Part shown: positions 38,600 to 54,769 of the stretch, one piece after another | Position numbering within the stretch: position 1 is the stretch's first letter | Layout: each line of letters starts with the position of its first letter | Assembly (NCBI GenBank): GCA_964016885.1 | Contig: OZ024761.1 | Span: forward strand, 1,612,001-1,676,000 | Direction of reading: 5' to 3' | Source of the DNA: Eledone cirrhosa | Taxonomy: Eukaryota | Length of the DNA stretch: 64,000 nt | The notes under the pieces: generated by a model | Told to the model about the DNA's origin: nothing | The model's database searches: none | What the model saw: the letters and a program-made list of their open reading frames with translations, nothing else | Made by a program: the position numbers and the translations under genes

Positions 38600-41500
38600 T
38601 ATTAAAGTGTTAAACGATATTCAATGATTATGTCAAAGAATGAGTTTTACAGTAGATTGGAAGCACTCTACTGGAAAATAATTTTCCGGAGTTATTAATA
38701 TTAAAATATAAATATTAATAAAATAGATGTTCTTTTGATCAATTACATTTTATTATACACATTTCAGATGTACAACAGTACATCTGAAATATAACAGCCA
38801 GTACATCTGAATCATAACAGCCAGTGATAGCCACTGGAAAAGGATTTATAAAGAGGTAAAGATAAAGGGTGGGGTGGGGGTTATATATGCAGAAGGAGAT
38901 TTTTTCCGAAAGTTAAACGGTTAAATTTGAAAATATTTAATTTATAATATTAGGGTGAAGACTCCAGATTTCAGGATTATTTGCTGGTTATTTATATATT
39001 ATTTTTATAAATTCGATAAGTGTGTTATCATTTCTAAACTTCTGAATTTTATGAGGGTAACATTTAAAGGATTTAGCTGGCAGATAAAGAATGAAATATT
39101 ATACTGTTGATTATTTACCTAAATTTAAACTTTAACAAAGATATCAACATATTAGGTATGTAAAGCTTTTGAAGTACTTATTGTTATAAATATTTAAATA
39201 ACTATTATGTATATAGGTATATATTAATGAGCCAGTATGTTTAAGGTAAATAATAACGACGAAGATAAAAATAAAATAAGATAATAGATTGAAGCATGTT
39301 AAGGATAAATATACACCTATGTATAACTGGGTGTAAATGTACTAATTATTCTTCAACCAAGATATCAACATATTATTAGATATAGGGAGGTATATATATA
39401 TAGATATATATTAGGTATTATTAGTGTAGTATACTTTAGGTAAATGATAACAGTTATAATTTTATAAAGTAGAGTTCAACGTGTTACATTTAAATACATA
39501 TATATATAAGAAAAACAATAACGAGTGCATGGATAATTCAGAGTTCAAAATAATGTCTATAATAATTTTTAGTTTGGATATTTTCTCTGTATTTGAAACA
39601 TATATATAGAAATGTGGTAGGTATATTTTAAAATATTGAAAAATATATAAAATATAATATTAAACTAGATACATATTATAATACATTATATTATAAATAA
39701 GAGATCAAAAGCGCAGCAAAAATTCACATTTATATATAAGTTTGAATCTGTCTTAAATTTTAGATTTTATAGTGCAGTAAATATATTTAAAATAAATATA
39801 TGCATATACTATATTATATTATACTACAAATAAGAGATCAAAAACTCATTAAAAATTCACAGTTATAGATAAGTTTCATAAAAATTTATGGATTGGGTAT
39901 TAAACTAAAATTTAAAAGAGATCAAAAATGTATTAAAAATTCACAGTTATATATAAATTCCGTAAATATGTAAGGATTAGGTATTATACTAAATTATAAG
40001 CATAGATAGGAAGATAGATAGAGAAATAAAGAAATAAAGAAATGATGGTATTGATCAAAGTTAACAAAATAATGTTGTGTGTATCAATGTTTAGGCATGT
40101 TATTGAACAAGTGTCACTCATTCGAGCGTTGTTTCTTCTATAGATAGCTATAAAATAAATCAATATTAAAGGCCATTAATGTTTTTCACTGTTGATTATA
40201 TATTCCTGGTAACCAAGTTATTATTGGTTTGGTGTTATTGCTTCTTTTTTTTTCTCGTTTTATGTGAGGCTAAAAAAGTGGACGTAGCTTTATGGAGGCA
40301 ACTAGAGAATAATTCACTTTTTTGTTAATTAGGGTCTCATAGTTATTAATAATCAACAGGGTCTCCATTGTACAGAGCGGGCAGTTATTTGATATACTAG
40401 AGTTGCGGTAAATTCGACAGTTCCGAAGTTTTGTCCAAAGAATGGAGTATTTTCAATTCTTCTCTTTTAATGACCATATGAGTTGTGATAAAGACGTGGA
40501 TGATTTCCTCTTAGAGTTCGAGAATAAGCATTTATGGTTCGCAAAACGAGCTTTGAATATGGACGAGGTCGAACTAATGTAGTTGTATGTTTTGTGATCA
40601 GTTTTTACGGTGAATTTATAAACCAAATTACTATCTAAACAATTATTTTGCAAAGGGCAATTAGTTTTATTTCTACAATTACATTTTGGTTTAGTATCAT
40701 TTATGTTAACTCTATTATTATGATCATTATGTTGGTTTGGTTTTAGGATTTTGGCGTTTAATTTGGCAATGTTTTGGGCCATGTTACTGGTTGTAGAATT
40801 TGAATATTTAATGGTATGTCTATTAAAAATTGAATGGTATTTATGTTGAGTAGGGAAAGAGGTGTCAAGAGCTTTGAAGAATAATTTTGCAATTGGTGTT
40901 TTAACTGCGACCGAAGCAGGGGGTGCAAACCATATGACTGGTTTAGATCTAGTTCGTATTCTCGATTTATTTTGCGTATGTGTGTTTGAATTATAATTAT
41001 TAGAGTTTCTCTTATATATGTTATTATTAGGAATAATACTTGGATTATTATTATCTACATATTCTATATTATTCATATATCCTGCTCTTGTTGTAGTATT
41101 CAGCGTTTTTATCAAATATATCTTTATTAGCTGATATTTTATTAATACGTTTTTGCACACTATTTACTATAGCTTTTTTTACAGATCTAGCGTGATTTGA
41201 ATAGTTACTAACATAATTTAAGTTTTCATTAGGCTTATGAAAAGGGTAATAGAAGCCAGTGTTTAAGTTAAAGGTAACGTCAAGGAAATTAACTATTTTG
41301 GTACCGTTTTCTACTTCTAATTTAAGGTCGTACGTTTTAAAGAATTCTATTATACTTTTCTTAACTCTATTTAGTTCTATATTGTTGTGTTTGACCACCG
41401 TAAATAAAATGTCGTCCCGGCAGTTTTCTATTTATCATGTTTAATATGAAAATTCCCAGAAGGTCTGTGATTTGCGCGGAATCAGATACCCCCATAGTGA

Positions 41501-43812
41501 TATCAAAGTTTCTATCTCTATATGAGCGTGTCCAAAATTCGTTATTGAAGTTAATGAGAGTTCTTCTGGCTGTTAAAATTACATCTATTTCATTTGTGGT
41601 TAGATCAGTATGCTTATAAGCATATGAGAGGGCCTTATTTAGAAGTTTAGGTGTTATAGAAGAATAGTAGCTAGTAATATCCATCTTGATGAATTTATAG
41701 TTTTTCTTATCTTCAATATTCGTGTACCATTCAATGACCTCGTTTGTATCTTTCCATAAGCTGAAACTAGATCTCAATTTAAGAGTGGGTAATATTCTAT
41801 CTATTATGTTTTTACTGATTACTCCTATATCCGATTTCGATGGAGCAATCAGTCTAACTGGCATGTCTTCCTTAAAGTTTATTTTATGATCCTTCAGGTT
41901 AATCCTCGGCTGTCTAGGTAAGAATGGCTCAGTTCTTCCTTGTATTCCTAAATTGGTAATTAGTTTATAGGCTTCTTCATTAATTTCAGTAAGATCCTCA
42001 GCCGGGGCTTTTTTGTAATTTTCCCTAAGTTCTTTCAAAATCAGGTCGTTATATTCATCTTTGCTTATCCCATATAAATTATTAGTTTTGTCCGATTTAA
42101 CCTATACTTTGTTAACATTTATTGGCCTTTAAAATTAATGGCCTTTAATATTGCTTTATTTTATAGCTATCGATAGAAGAAACAACGCTCGAATGAGTGA
42201 CACTTGTCCAATAACATGCCTAAACATTCATACACACATTTTGTTAACTTTGATCAATACCATCATTTCTTTATTTCTTTATTTCTCTATCTATCTTCCT
42301 ATCTATGCTTATAATTTAGTATAATACCTAATCCTTACATATTTACGGAATTTATATATAACTGAATTTTTAATACATTTTTGATCTCTTTTAAATTTTA
42401 GTTTAATACCCAATCCATAAATTTTTATGAAACTTATCTATAACTGTGAATTTTTAATGAGTTTTTGATCTCTTATTTATAGTATAATATAATATAGTAT
42501 ATGCATATATTTCTTTTAAATATATTTACTGCACTATAAAATTTAAAATTTAAGACAGATTCAAACTTATATATAAATGTGAATTTTTGCTGCGCTTTTG
42601 ATCTCTTATTTATAATATAATGTATTATAATATGTATCTAGTTTAATATTATATTTTATATATTTTTCAATATTTTAAAATATACCTACCACATTTCTAT
42701 ATATATGTTTCAAATATAGAGAAAATATCCAAACTAAAAATTATTATAGACATTATTTTGAACTCTGAATTATCCATGCACTCGTTATTGTTTTTCTTAT
42801 ATATATATGTATTTAAATGTAACACGTTGAACTCTACTTTATAAAATTATAACTGTTATCATTTACCTAAAGTATACTACACTAATAATACCTAATATAT
42901 ATCTATATATATATACCTCCCTATATCTAATAATATGTTGATATCTTGGTTGAAGAATAATTAGTACATTTACACCCAGTTATACATAGGTGTATATTTA
43001 TCCTTAACATGCTTCAATCTATTATCTTATTTTATTTTTATCTTCGTCGTTATTATTTACCTTAAACATACTGGCTCATTAATATATACCTATATACATA
43101 ATAGTTATTTAAATATTTATAACAATAAGTACTTCAAAAGCTTTACATACCTAATATGTTGATATCTTTGTTAAAGTTTAAATTTAGGTAAATAATCAAC
43201 AGTATAATATTTCATTCTTTATCTGCCAGCTAAATCCTTTAAATGTTACCCTCATAAAATTCAGAAGTTTAGAAATGATAACACACTTATCGAATTTATA
43301 AAAATAATATATAAATAACCAGCAAATAATCCTGAAATCTGGAGTCTTCACCCTAATATTATAAATTAAATATTTTCAAATTTAACCGTTTAACTTTCGG
43401 AAAAAATCTCCTTCTGCATATATCACCCACCCCCCCTTCTTTCCCTCTTTATAAATCCTTTTCCAGTGGCTATCACTGGCTGTTATGATTCATGAGATGT
43501 TTTCCTAGATATATCGTAGCATCATACATTTTAAAACCTTTAGAACAGTTACAGTAAGAAACGTTTTTTCTGACTCACACATTCTCTAATGAATTTATTA
43601 CGTTTTCGCATTTTCTCATAATTGGGCTATATATGTAAAATTTTCTCTTGGGTTAATCACTACCTTGATTAAATCTTAACCATTTAAAATCTCAGCGTAT
43701 GTCATGTATCATTATATTTTGTCTGATGAGGACGTACTGTTGTACATCCGAAATATGTATAATAAAATGTAATTGATCAAAAGAACAACTATTTTATTAA
43801 TATATATATTTT
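38600..43812 (-). mobile_element. Penelope-like element with about 1.5-kb inverted arms around a frameshifted RT-EN (about 40250-42120)
   Basis: 38700-40180 is inverted at 42135-43812. ORF pieces read LKDHK, FIKMDI..YYSSI, MGVSDSAQITD, VNFLDVTFNL, WFAPP and CNCRNK..CPL. Hammerhead at 43714-43770. Confidence 0.92.
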
Positions 43813-43842
43813 AATATATATATATGTATATATATATATATA

Positions 43843-44956
43843 AACAATATATTTAGAAACACACAGATACATGCGGACACACACATATACATGAATGCAT
43901 CCACACCCAACCGTGAGTTAATGGTGCCAACCTCACCGATGTTGCTCAATGAATGACTGGGACAGACCAATCCGGTTGAATTAGACTGAACCAGTATCAG
44001 AGTTAAAAATACATTATGAAGAGAGAAGAAACATTTAGATATAATTAGTAATAAAATATATCATACCTAAACTGCTCCTAGATTCCTCGACTACGTAGTT
44101 TCATGGCATAAACAAAAACAATACATCTTAAAGATATAGAGTCCTTGCGAGGTCTGCCGACTTATCAAGAGGATACCTCATTTTACTAGCTTCAAGAACG
44201 CGTCTACACGACGTGAGAAAGAATCCCAAAAGGCGGAGGGGGAGATAGTCACGCGATATAACGGTCGAGAAACAGAGCTAAGCCTCTTATAACCCCGAAG
44301 AAAATACCACGGAGGCGGAGGGGGTATTTATATCGAAGCCGTAGAAGAGGTGGTGAAGGGAGCGAGGTATTTTAACTCTGATACTGGTTCAGTCTAATTC
44401 AACCGGATTGGTCTGTCCCAGTCATTCATTGAGCAACATCGGTGAGGTTGGCACCATTAACTCACGGTTGGGTGTGGATGCATTCATGTATATGTGTGTG
44501 TCCGCATGTATCTGTGTGTTTCTAAATATATTGTTCATAACTCCCTCTGGTCGAGTGATCTTTGAAGTGTGGTGACTGCTGGAAAGCTGCCATTACTCAT
44601 ACTTCTCGCCTCCTTCACCACCTCTTCTACGGCTTCGATATAAATACCCCCTCCGCCTCCGTGGTATTTTCTTCGGGGTTATAAGAGGCTTAGCTCTGTT
44701 TCTCGACCGTTATATCGCGTGACTATCTCCCCCTCCGCCTTTTGGGATTCTTTCTCACGTCGTGTAGACGCGTTCTTGAAGCTAGTAAAATGAGGTATCC
44801 TCTTGATAAGTCGGCAGACCTCGCAAGGACTCTGTATCTTTATGATGTATTGTTTTTGTTTATGCCACGAAACTACGTAGTCGAGGAATCTAGGAGCGGT
44901 TTAGGTATGATACATTTTATTACTAATTATATCTAAATGTTTCTTCTCTCTTCATA

Positions 44957-44958
<2 letters not shown>
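43843..44958 (+). mobile_element. Retrozyme-like family 3: 592-bp non-coding unit (44367-44958) preceded by an inverted, circularly permuted copy
   Basis: The + arm reads A-C-B and the - arm reads B-A across the end-to-start junction. Hammerheads at 44798-44887 (+) and 44084-44173 (-). Confidence 0.8.
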
Positions 44959-44989
<31 letters not shown>

Positions 44990-45701
44990 AGTATGTATGT
45001 ATGAATGTGTATATCTATGTATGTATATATGTATATATACCAATTATTTTTTTATATGAATATTGATTGTTTGTTCCTGTATCTCATATCTGTTATTTTG
45101 CCTGAGAAAATATCTCTATGTGTCCTTAAACAGTACACACATATTTATTTTTTCATATCCAATTGAGTTCTTCGCATGAGGCTTGAACTCTTGTCAGAGT
45201 TTAATGACCTGCGTGTATATTATTTTTCACGGTAGCCTCCTCTTCCCATTTGAGGACAGTGTGAGATTTTCTTTAGAACTGCTGCACTTACAACCTAGCA
45301 GCTCTAGCATTGATGGGGATTATCGCTAGATATTGATGTTGATTTAGTTATTAATATTAATATTATTGGGCATCCACTGAAGATTTATAAGTGCCCACTT
45401 GCATAGGAATCTATTGATCTTACACAGCTTCTACATAACTTGGTATAATTTCACCCACCATGTAGAAATCTTATTATGAAACGATCGTTTGGGGAATGAG
45501 ATCTTTAATATATCTCATAAAATAATACAGCCAATTATCCCCACAATACAATATAGTTAGCACCCCAAACGCTTAATTGGGAATATACTCAGGTATTTCC
45601 TAATGTTTGTTGAGTGAGTTGGAAATTGGCCGGAGTATCGTTAATAGCTTTCTCTGTTTATGTATGTATATATATATCTTCTATATATACAAAACTGAGG
45701 A

Positions 45702-45791
<90 letters not shown>

Positions 45792-45799
45792 TCTGTGAG

Positions 45800-46331
45800 T
45801 TTGAACGTTTGAAAGTATATACTTTCCTTATGCATATTAACGGCTGAGCAGCCTAATATCGTTTCATTTTTTCCATTTATCGTTTTCGGTGCTCCCGGCC
45901 GACTAACTCACTCGATATGCAAATTAGGCTGCTCAGCCGTTAATATGCATAAGGAAAGTATATACTTTCAGACGTTCAATCATCTGGCAGGAAGGTATAC
46001 GATGCTGACGATAGCTAATAAGCTTGAAACTAGTACATCGTTCCTTTGTCAGTGTTGAACAAAAGGGCAACGATGGTTGCTAAACACTGTACGGCTTTAT
46101 TCGGGCTTTTTGTTTACAAACAAACCGAGCATTATAATAAATGTTCGGTGAATCCATACGTACATATATATATGTGTGCATTTCTCACACTTAGTACGGC
46201 TGTTACTTAAATATAAGTATGTATACGTACATTCATATATGTATACAGACGTACAGTAGTATGTATATATATACATACATGCACACACATATATATATGG
46301 AAAAAATCAAACGAAATTTCATTTCTCACTC

Positions 46332-46332
<1 letters not shown>
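45800..46332 (+). mobile_element. Retrozyme-like family 2 copy with inverted fragments
   Basis: Octamer at 45917-24. Hammerhead at 45999-46041: acgatg-CTGACGA-tagctaataagctt-GAAAC-TA-GTA-catcgt. Confidence 0.85.
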
Positions 46333-46374
<42 letters not shown>

Positions 46375-47426
46375 TGACAAACAATGTTTTCAGTAAAGAC
46401 CAGGAGTGGTGAAGGATTACCACTATAAATTGTTTCCTTTTATTTATAGTTTTTAAAAGTGTGTGTATGTGTGGACTTGTATGTGTATATTTGTGTATGC
46501 ATATGTGTGTATATATATGTATGCATGTATGTGTCTGTGTGTGTTACAAACACACACACAGACACATACATATATATACACACATGTATACACACAGAGA
46601 CAAAAACACACACATAGATACACATACAAGCCCACACTCACACAGACACATACACACACTGTATATAATGTATGTATGTATCTGTGTTTGTGTCTCTGTG
46701 TGTCTGTTTGTATTGTGTGTGTTTGTGTCTCTGTGTGTCTGTTTGTATTGTGTGTGTTTGTGTCTCTGTGTGTGTATGCTGTGAGTGTCTGTTTGTGTGT
46801 GTGCCTATGTGTTTGTGAGTGGGTGTATGAGTGTTTATTCATGTGTGTGTGTGTGTGTGTGTGAGTGTAGAGATGAGAATGTGAGAGAGAGAAAGTGACA
46901 TACAGTAGAGGGAATAGAGAGAGGAAGGAGAGAGAGAGAGAGGGGGAGTGAAGGAAAGAGAAACAGAGTAGAGAGAGAGAGAAGTAAAGGGAGTAGAGAA
47001 AGAGAGAGTTGATTTTATCTCAATGTTACCGGCCTATGATTAAAGACATTCTAACCATGACAATCCTGTCTTTCTCCTATGTAAAGGGAATGCAGGAACA
47101 CATTATTCAGCATGTCCTTTCTGCGAATCGCCCTTATCTATGGTGTTGTCCAAGGGATGCTCTACCCACTAAACCATGCGCCTGGATGAGAGCAGAGTCC
47201 TGGTAAAACAGCAGTCTTAGGAAATAGTGTTAAAGTGTGAAGGAAAGGTGTGATCTGTCTGTGACGTCATCAACTGTTGAAAGAGTCCAGCTAGTCTATG
47301 AAGCAATAGAGGGAGTGGTCACCCCCCCCTCCTTTCATACACATACATACATATGTATGTATGTATATATATATATACATATATGCTCACACAGAAACAT
47401 ACATACATATACGCATATACACATAT

Positions 47427-47484
<58 letters not shown>

Positions 47485-47528
47485 AGAAACATAGATACCT
47501 GCATACATATATATATATACATACACAT

Positions 47529-47730
47529 ATAAAAGTTTTAATATAGATGAGATTCTACAGGACTAGAACTGTTTCATTCTTTAGAAATCATCAAGATTCC
47601 TGATGATTTCTAAAGAATGAAACAGTTCTAGTCCTGTAGAATCTCATCTATATTAAAACTTTTATACTCTGCAATGTATTGAGTACCTTACTTACTGTGG
47701 TTACCTCCGATTCAACCCGGAATAACGTAC
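47529..47730 (+). mobile_element. Mini-palindrome made of a hammerhead-containing pseudo-LTR
   Basis: 47529-47593 is inverted at 47601-47665. CTGATGA-tttct-aa-agaat-GAAAC..GTC is present. A related copy lies at about 6555-6620. Confidence 0.75.
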
Positions 47731-47841
47731 ATACACATATATATATATATTTGTGTGTATGTGTATGCGTATATATATATATATATGTATATATATGTAT
47801 ATATATGTATATATGTATGTATATATATATGTATATGTATG

Positions 47842-47874
<33 letters not shown>

Positions 47875-47953
47875 GTATATATATATATATGTATATATAT
47901 GTATATATATGTATATATATATGTATATTTATATGTAAATGTATATATATATG

Positions 47954-47990
<37 letters not shown>

Positions 47991-48018
47991 GTATATATAT
48001 ATGTATATATATGTATGT

Positions 48019-48052
<34 letters not shown>

Positions 48053-48063
48053 GTATATATATG

Positions 48064-48102
<39 letters not shown>

Positions 48103-48113
48103 GTATATATATG

Positions 48114-48145
<32 letters not shown>

Positions 48146-48149
48146 TATG

Positions 48150-48180
<31 letters not shown>

Positions 48181-48191
48181 GTATATATATG

Positions 48192-48242
<51 letters not shown>

Positions 48243-48244
48243 GT

Positions 48245-48285
<41 letters not shown>

Positions 48286-48320
48286 TATGTATATATATGT
48301 ATATATGTATATATATATGT

Positions 48321-48467
48321 GTCAGTAATTGTCACAAGTGTAGTGTTTGTACCAGAGTTTTCAAGTCGCTGGCTGGACTAAAAAGTCACTCGTTCAGCGC
48401 ATCGGTAGGAGTTCTCCTACATGGATATAAAGTAGTGGCCGTACTCGAAAACGAGTTGGCAGCCGCC
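48321..48467 (+). mobile_element. Extreme 3' end of an RTE-like LINE with C2H2-like remnant
   Basis: [19 protein letters not shown] followed by a short UTR running into (TA)n. Confidence 0.55.
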
Positions 48468-48488
48468 ATATATATATGTATATGTATG

Positions 48489-48528
<40 letters not shown>

Positions 48529-48733
48529 TATATATGTATATATATGTATATATATGTATATATATATGTATATTTATATGTAAATGTATATATATATGTA
48601 TATATATGTATATATATATGTATGTATATATATATGTATATATATATGTATGTATATATATGTATATATATATGTATATATATATATGTATGTATATATA
48701 TGTATATATATATATGTATGTATATATATGTAT

Positions 48734-48774
<41 letters not shown>

Positions 48775-48793
48775 TGTATGTATATATATGTAT

Positions 48794-48834
<41 letters not shown>

Positions 48835-48867
48835 TGTATGTATATATATGTATATAAATATATATGT

Positions 48868-48908
<41 letters not shown>

Positions 48909-48924
48909 TGTATGTATATATATG

Positions 48925-48956
<32 letters not shown>

Positions 48957-48960
48957 TGTA

Positions 48961-48996
<36 letters not shown>

Positions 48997-49012
48997 CATA
49001 TATATACATACA

Positions 49013-49053
<41 letters not shown>

Positions 49054-49106
49054 ATATATATACACATATATATATATATACATATATATATGTATGTATA
49101 TATATG

Positions 49107-49139
<33 letters not shown>

Positions 49140-49174
49140 GTATGTATATATATGTCTATATATATATGTATATA

Positions 49175-49791
<617 letters not shown>

Positions 49792-49802
49792 TACATATAT
49801 AC

Positions 49803-49876
<74 letters not shown>

Positions 49877-49918
49877 CTATATATATATATGTATATGTAT
49901 ATATATATATATGTATAA

Positions 49919-49972
<54 letters not shown>

Positions 49973-49977
49973 GTATA

Positions 49978-50047
<70 letters not shown>

Positions 50048-50244
50048 CATATATATATGTATGTATATATATGTATATACATGTATATGTATGTATGTAT
50101 ATATATGTATACAGATATGTATGTATGTGTGTATATGTAAACATATATGTATGTATGTATATATATGTATATATATGTATATATACATATATATGTCTGT
50201 GTGTGTGAGGGAGAGTGCATGTGGTTCATATATAATTAATCAAA

Positions 50245-50292
<48 letters not shown>

Positions 50293-50609
50293 TCCCTATA
50301 CAAATATCAGATATTAAATAAATATTAAAATAAACATTAAATAAATAACTATATATAGAAATAAATAAATTAACTTTAAATTAAATTGAATTGAAATATT
50401 TAAAATATATTAAAATATATTAATATATATTAAAAGAACAAATGTAAGTATTTAGAAAGTGAGGACATATTGGTTGTTATAGATGTGTGTGGGGGAGGGA
50501 AAAGTTGTTGAATTTTGAAATGAAGTAGGGTTTCCGTGTTTGGGCCTTAGAACATTCCAGGCTGTCAGATGTCACACTTCACAAGCTAACTATACTTCGA
50601 TGTTTTCCA

Positions 50610-50700
50610 ATGGCAGCCTCTGTCACATTTCTCTCATTCTCTTTGTTGTTGTTGTTGTTGTTCTCCTCCATGATGGTGGTACAAGTAGCGGCCCAGCAGA
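50610..50700 (+). CDS. Host gene exon 1: signal peptide
   Basis: MAASVTFLSFSLLLLLLFSSMMVVQVAAQQ followed by a GTGAGT donor at 50701, phase 1. Confidence 0.75.
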
Positions 50701-50778
50701 GTGAGTCCTCGCATTTCTATCGTCCTTCTTTTTCTTCTTCTTCTTATTCTTATTCTTCTTATTCTTTGTTTCCATTTT

Positions 50779-51484
<706 letters not shown>

Positions 51485-51696
51485 TATATGTATATATATT
51501 TATTAAAATAACAGATTAAAATTTAAGCAAAGAATTGCTGCTTTCACCTTTAACGGGATCTTCTGAAAGCAGCAATTTTTTTCTTAAACTTTAATCTGTT
51601 ATTTTAATAAATATTTGCTCTAGGGTTCTTATATATTTGATATATATTTATCCTTATCAAGCCCTCTTTGGATTTTAGTCTTCACATTTATTATTA

Positions 51697-51730
51697 TTAC
51701 TGATGAAGGACTAGCGTCCGAAACATTAAG
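51697..51730 (+). ncRNA. Minimal hammerhead motif
   Basis: CTGATGA-a-ggac-tagc-gtcc-GAAACATTAAG. Stems I and III are weak. Confidence 0.6.
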
Positions 51731-51978
51731 ACCCTCTTCCTGCTATTTCAAGCGTTAACCTAATATATACTTTCCATATACTGTACCAATTGTGTTGTTA
51801 TTTTTGTTTACCTTTTATATACATATATATATATTTCTTCTGCCAGTTGTGACAGAAAGATAGTATCAACAATGAAAAGACTACTGGAAAGACCAATGGA
51901 AATACTGTTTCCTTGGTCTGATCTGATTATCAGCTCCTTTCCTTTTTATACTTTTTCTTATTATGTTTTGGTCTACAG

Positions 51979-52128
51979 CTACCTGTCCACGGGATATTCG
52001 GAAGTTTGGTCCAAAATTGAAGTATGAATGCCATTGCAAAGATATATCTGCATGTTCATTCACTGGAGAAGCTTATTGTAAAGTCCCTGAGTGCCAACGA
52101 GGGTTTGATCAGTGGAACTGTCAACAAA
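51979..52128 (+). CDS. Host gene exon 2: Cys-rich EGF/laminin-like module
   Basis: ctacag acceptor, GTAAGT donor, 150 nt, phase 1-1. Reads TCPRDIRKFGPKLKYECHCKDISACSFTGEAYCKVPECQRGFDQWNCQQ. Confidence 0.85.
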
Positions 52129-52467
52129 GTAAGTCAATTTCTCAATTCTTTATTTTTATTCATATTCGTATTTTATTGTTTCATGTGTATGTATAATATG
52201 TATAATACATATATATCATCATCATCATCATCATCATCATTTTACGTCCGCTTTTCCCTGCTTGCAAGGGTGGGACGGGTCTTATTTAGCATATATATAT
52301 ATATAAAATAACAAAGAAAGTGTGGTAAGGAACCAGGTGGACCATAATACACCAGAGTACTCGATACTTAGGGTAGTAGAGTGGGTAATAAGAAAAGAGT
52401 GAGGACCCCTACGGCTAGATCTGAACTGACTCTTTTCCTATATATATATATATAAATATATATATAT

Positions 52468-53485
52468 CATCATCATCATCATCTTCGTTTAACGTCCATT
52501 TTCCACGCTAGCATGGGTTAGACGGGAGTTGTCCCACTTGAGGCAAGGTTGGTCGGGTGACCGTGTCTCGCTCATATAGGACTATTTGGCAGGTTTTCTA
52601 TGGCTGGATGCCCTTCCTAACACCAACCACATTTAAAGTGTGGAACTGGGAACTTTTTACCGTGTTACCTACACGGCCACATTACAGCGTGGACTGTGTG
52701 TTTTTTTTTCTTGTGACACCTACACGATCTCGATCTCATTATCTCATTTATTTGGACTGGATGTTGTGGTACCGACTTTACAGAGAGAGGGTGGTGTTGG
52801 TGGGAGTGGGACGATAGGGTAGGTGTAGTGGATTGGGGTGTATATTTAGTTAAGAGGTGCCTACTGACTGTAGGTTTCGCTTTGTACATAGGCAAGGCGG
52901 GTCTTCTGTATTACTGCATAGCACCAAAGATCTCGGTCCAGTGCCATTGTCTTAGAGAGGTGCAAGTGTGTAAGGTTGGAATTTATCAGATCGTCCCAGG
53001 TTTTTCTGGGTCTACCTACTCCGTAACTACCATCAATTTTGATCGTCCTACACTTTTTTATACAGCTGTCGTCTTTCATGCGCATCACATGACCATACCA
53101 ATGTAGTCTTCTCTCAAGTAAACAGCATCTGATCCCTCTTATTCCTAATTTCTCACTTAGTTCATTTATGCTTTGCCGTTCACGTATATTACTATTACAC
53201 ATCCAACGGAGCATGCATGCTTCGTTCCTTTCCAGTCTGTGCAGGTCCTCTGCACGTAATGCCCAGGTCTCACTGCCATCTAGCATTGCTGTTCGTATAC
53301 AGGCATCACTCAATCTGCCTTTCATTTTTAGAGAGAAACCTTTTGTGGCCAATAGCGGTATAAGCTCTCTGAACTTTTTCCATCCTGTTCTGACTCTGGC
53401 TACTGTACTTTCAGAACACCCTCCACCACTGCTGATTTCGTCTCCCGGGTAACGGAAAGTGTCTACTATTTCTATAGAACCATCT
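52468..53485 (-). mobile_element. 5'-truncated RTE LINE, same family as 57865-61410
   Basis: KGFSLKMKGRL..GSETW..RRLHWYGHV, with the same 3' UTR. Confidence 0.92.
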
Positions 53486-53844
53486 ATAGAAATGAGGAAG
53501 AGGCTAACAGAGAGAGAGAGACTGCTAGAAAGGGTAAAGATACAAAGAACGGTATTTCCGTTGGAAAGGTACAGGAAAAAAGAGTGTTCTATGTAGGCTA
53601 CAGAGCTTATTAGTTATGTAATAAACAATATAAGATAATTATTTCATTTACCAGTGGTTTCTTGAAGGCAGATGATGTGTCTGTCTTCAGTCGTCAAAAT
53701 GAATAAAAAACAAGGTGTTTTTATTAGATATGGATTTGAAAACCTATACATATTTATATATATGCCTCAACTGGGACAACTGCTGTCTAACCCATGCTAG
53801 CGTGGAAAATGGACGTTAAACGAAGATGATGATGATGATGATGA

Positions 53845-53926
<82 letters not shown>

Positions 53927-54257
53927 TGTGATGGCAATGAATTTGTTTTGCAAGGTTTTTTTTATATGAAACCGTGTGTCAAAACAAATATTGTTATACT
54001 TGGGGAGGGTCATATTGTTATAATAATATTGCCAGAAATAATAACAGAACACACTCACTGTTCGCTTCTGTATCTTTTATATCTCCATAGTTAATTTATC
54101 TGTCAATCAATGTTTTTTCATTGATTGACCAACAACGGTTAAACATACAGATGTCATCATCTTCATCATCATCGTTTAATGGCCATCTTCCACGCTAGCA
54201 TGGGTTAGACGGTTTTGTTCCATTTAATGCGGGAATGGTCGGGAGGCCGTGCCTCGC

Positions 54258-54545
54258 TAGCACGGAAGCATTTCTATGTTGGTATGTGGTTATGTGCACA
54301 TGTGTATGTGTGTGTATGTGCACACGTGTACATAGCACGGAAGCATTTCTATGTTTGTATGTGGTTATGTGCACATGTGTATGTGTGTGTATGTGCACAC
54401 GTGTACATAGCACGGAAGCATTTCTATATTTGTATGTGGTTATGTGCACATGTGTATATGTGTGTATGTGCACACGTGTACATAGCACGGAAGCATTTCT
54501 ATGTTGGTATGTGGTTATGTGCACATGTGTATGTGTGTGTATGTG
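54258..54545. repeat. 75-bp tandem repeat x4
   Basis: tagcacggaagcatttctatg... starts at 54258, 54333, 54408 and 54483. Confidence 0.92.
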
Positions 54546-54599
54546 CATGTGTATGCTGATCATATGATACTTCTAATTATTATTATTCATCTTCTTCAG

Positions 54600-54731
54600 T
54601 AATATATACAGATGTGAAAAAGATGTTTGATGGCAGGCGTTCTTCCGCCCAATGTCTCAAACTACCATTCAAGATGGTATTTCCCCGGCAATATCGAATC
54701 CAAAGCTTGGAGTTCAGATGTTATTCCAGTA
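54600..54731 (+). CDS. Host gene exon 3 (candidate)
   Basis: cttcttcag acceptor, GTAAGT donor, 132 nt, phase 1-1, open frame IIYTDVKKMFDGRRSSAQCLKLPFKMVFPRQYRIQSLEFRCYSS. Confidence 0.75.
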
Positions 54732-54769
54732 GTAAGTAATCTATTATTATTGTTGTTTTTTACTACTTT

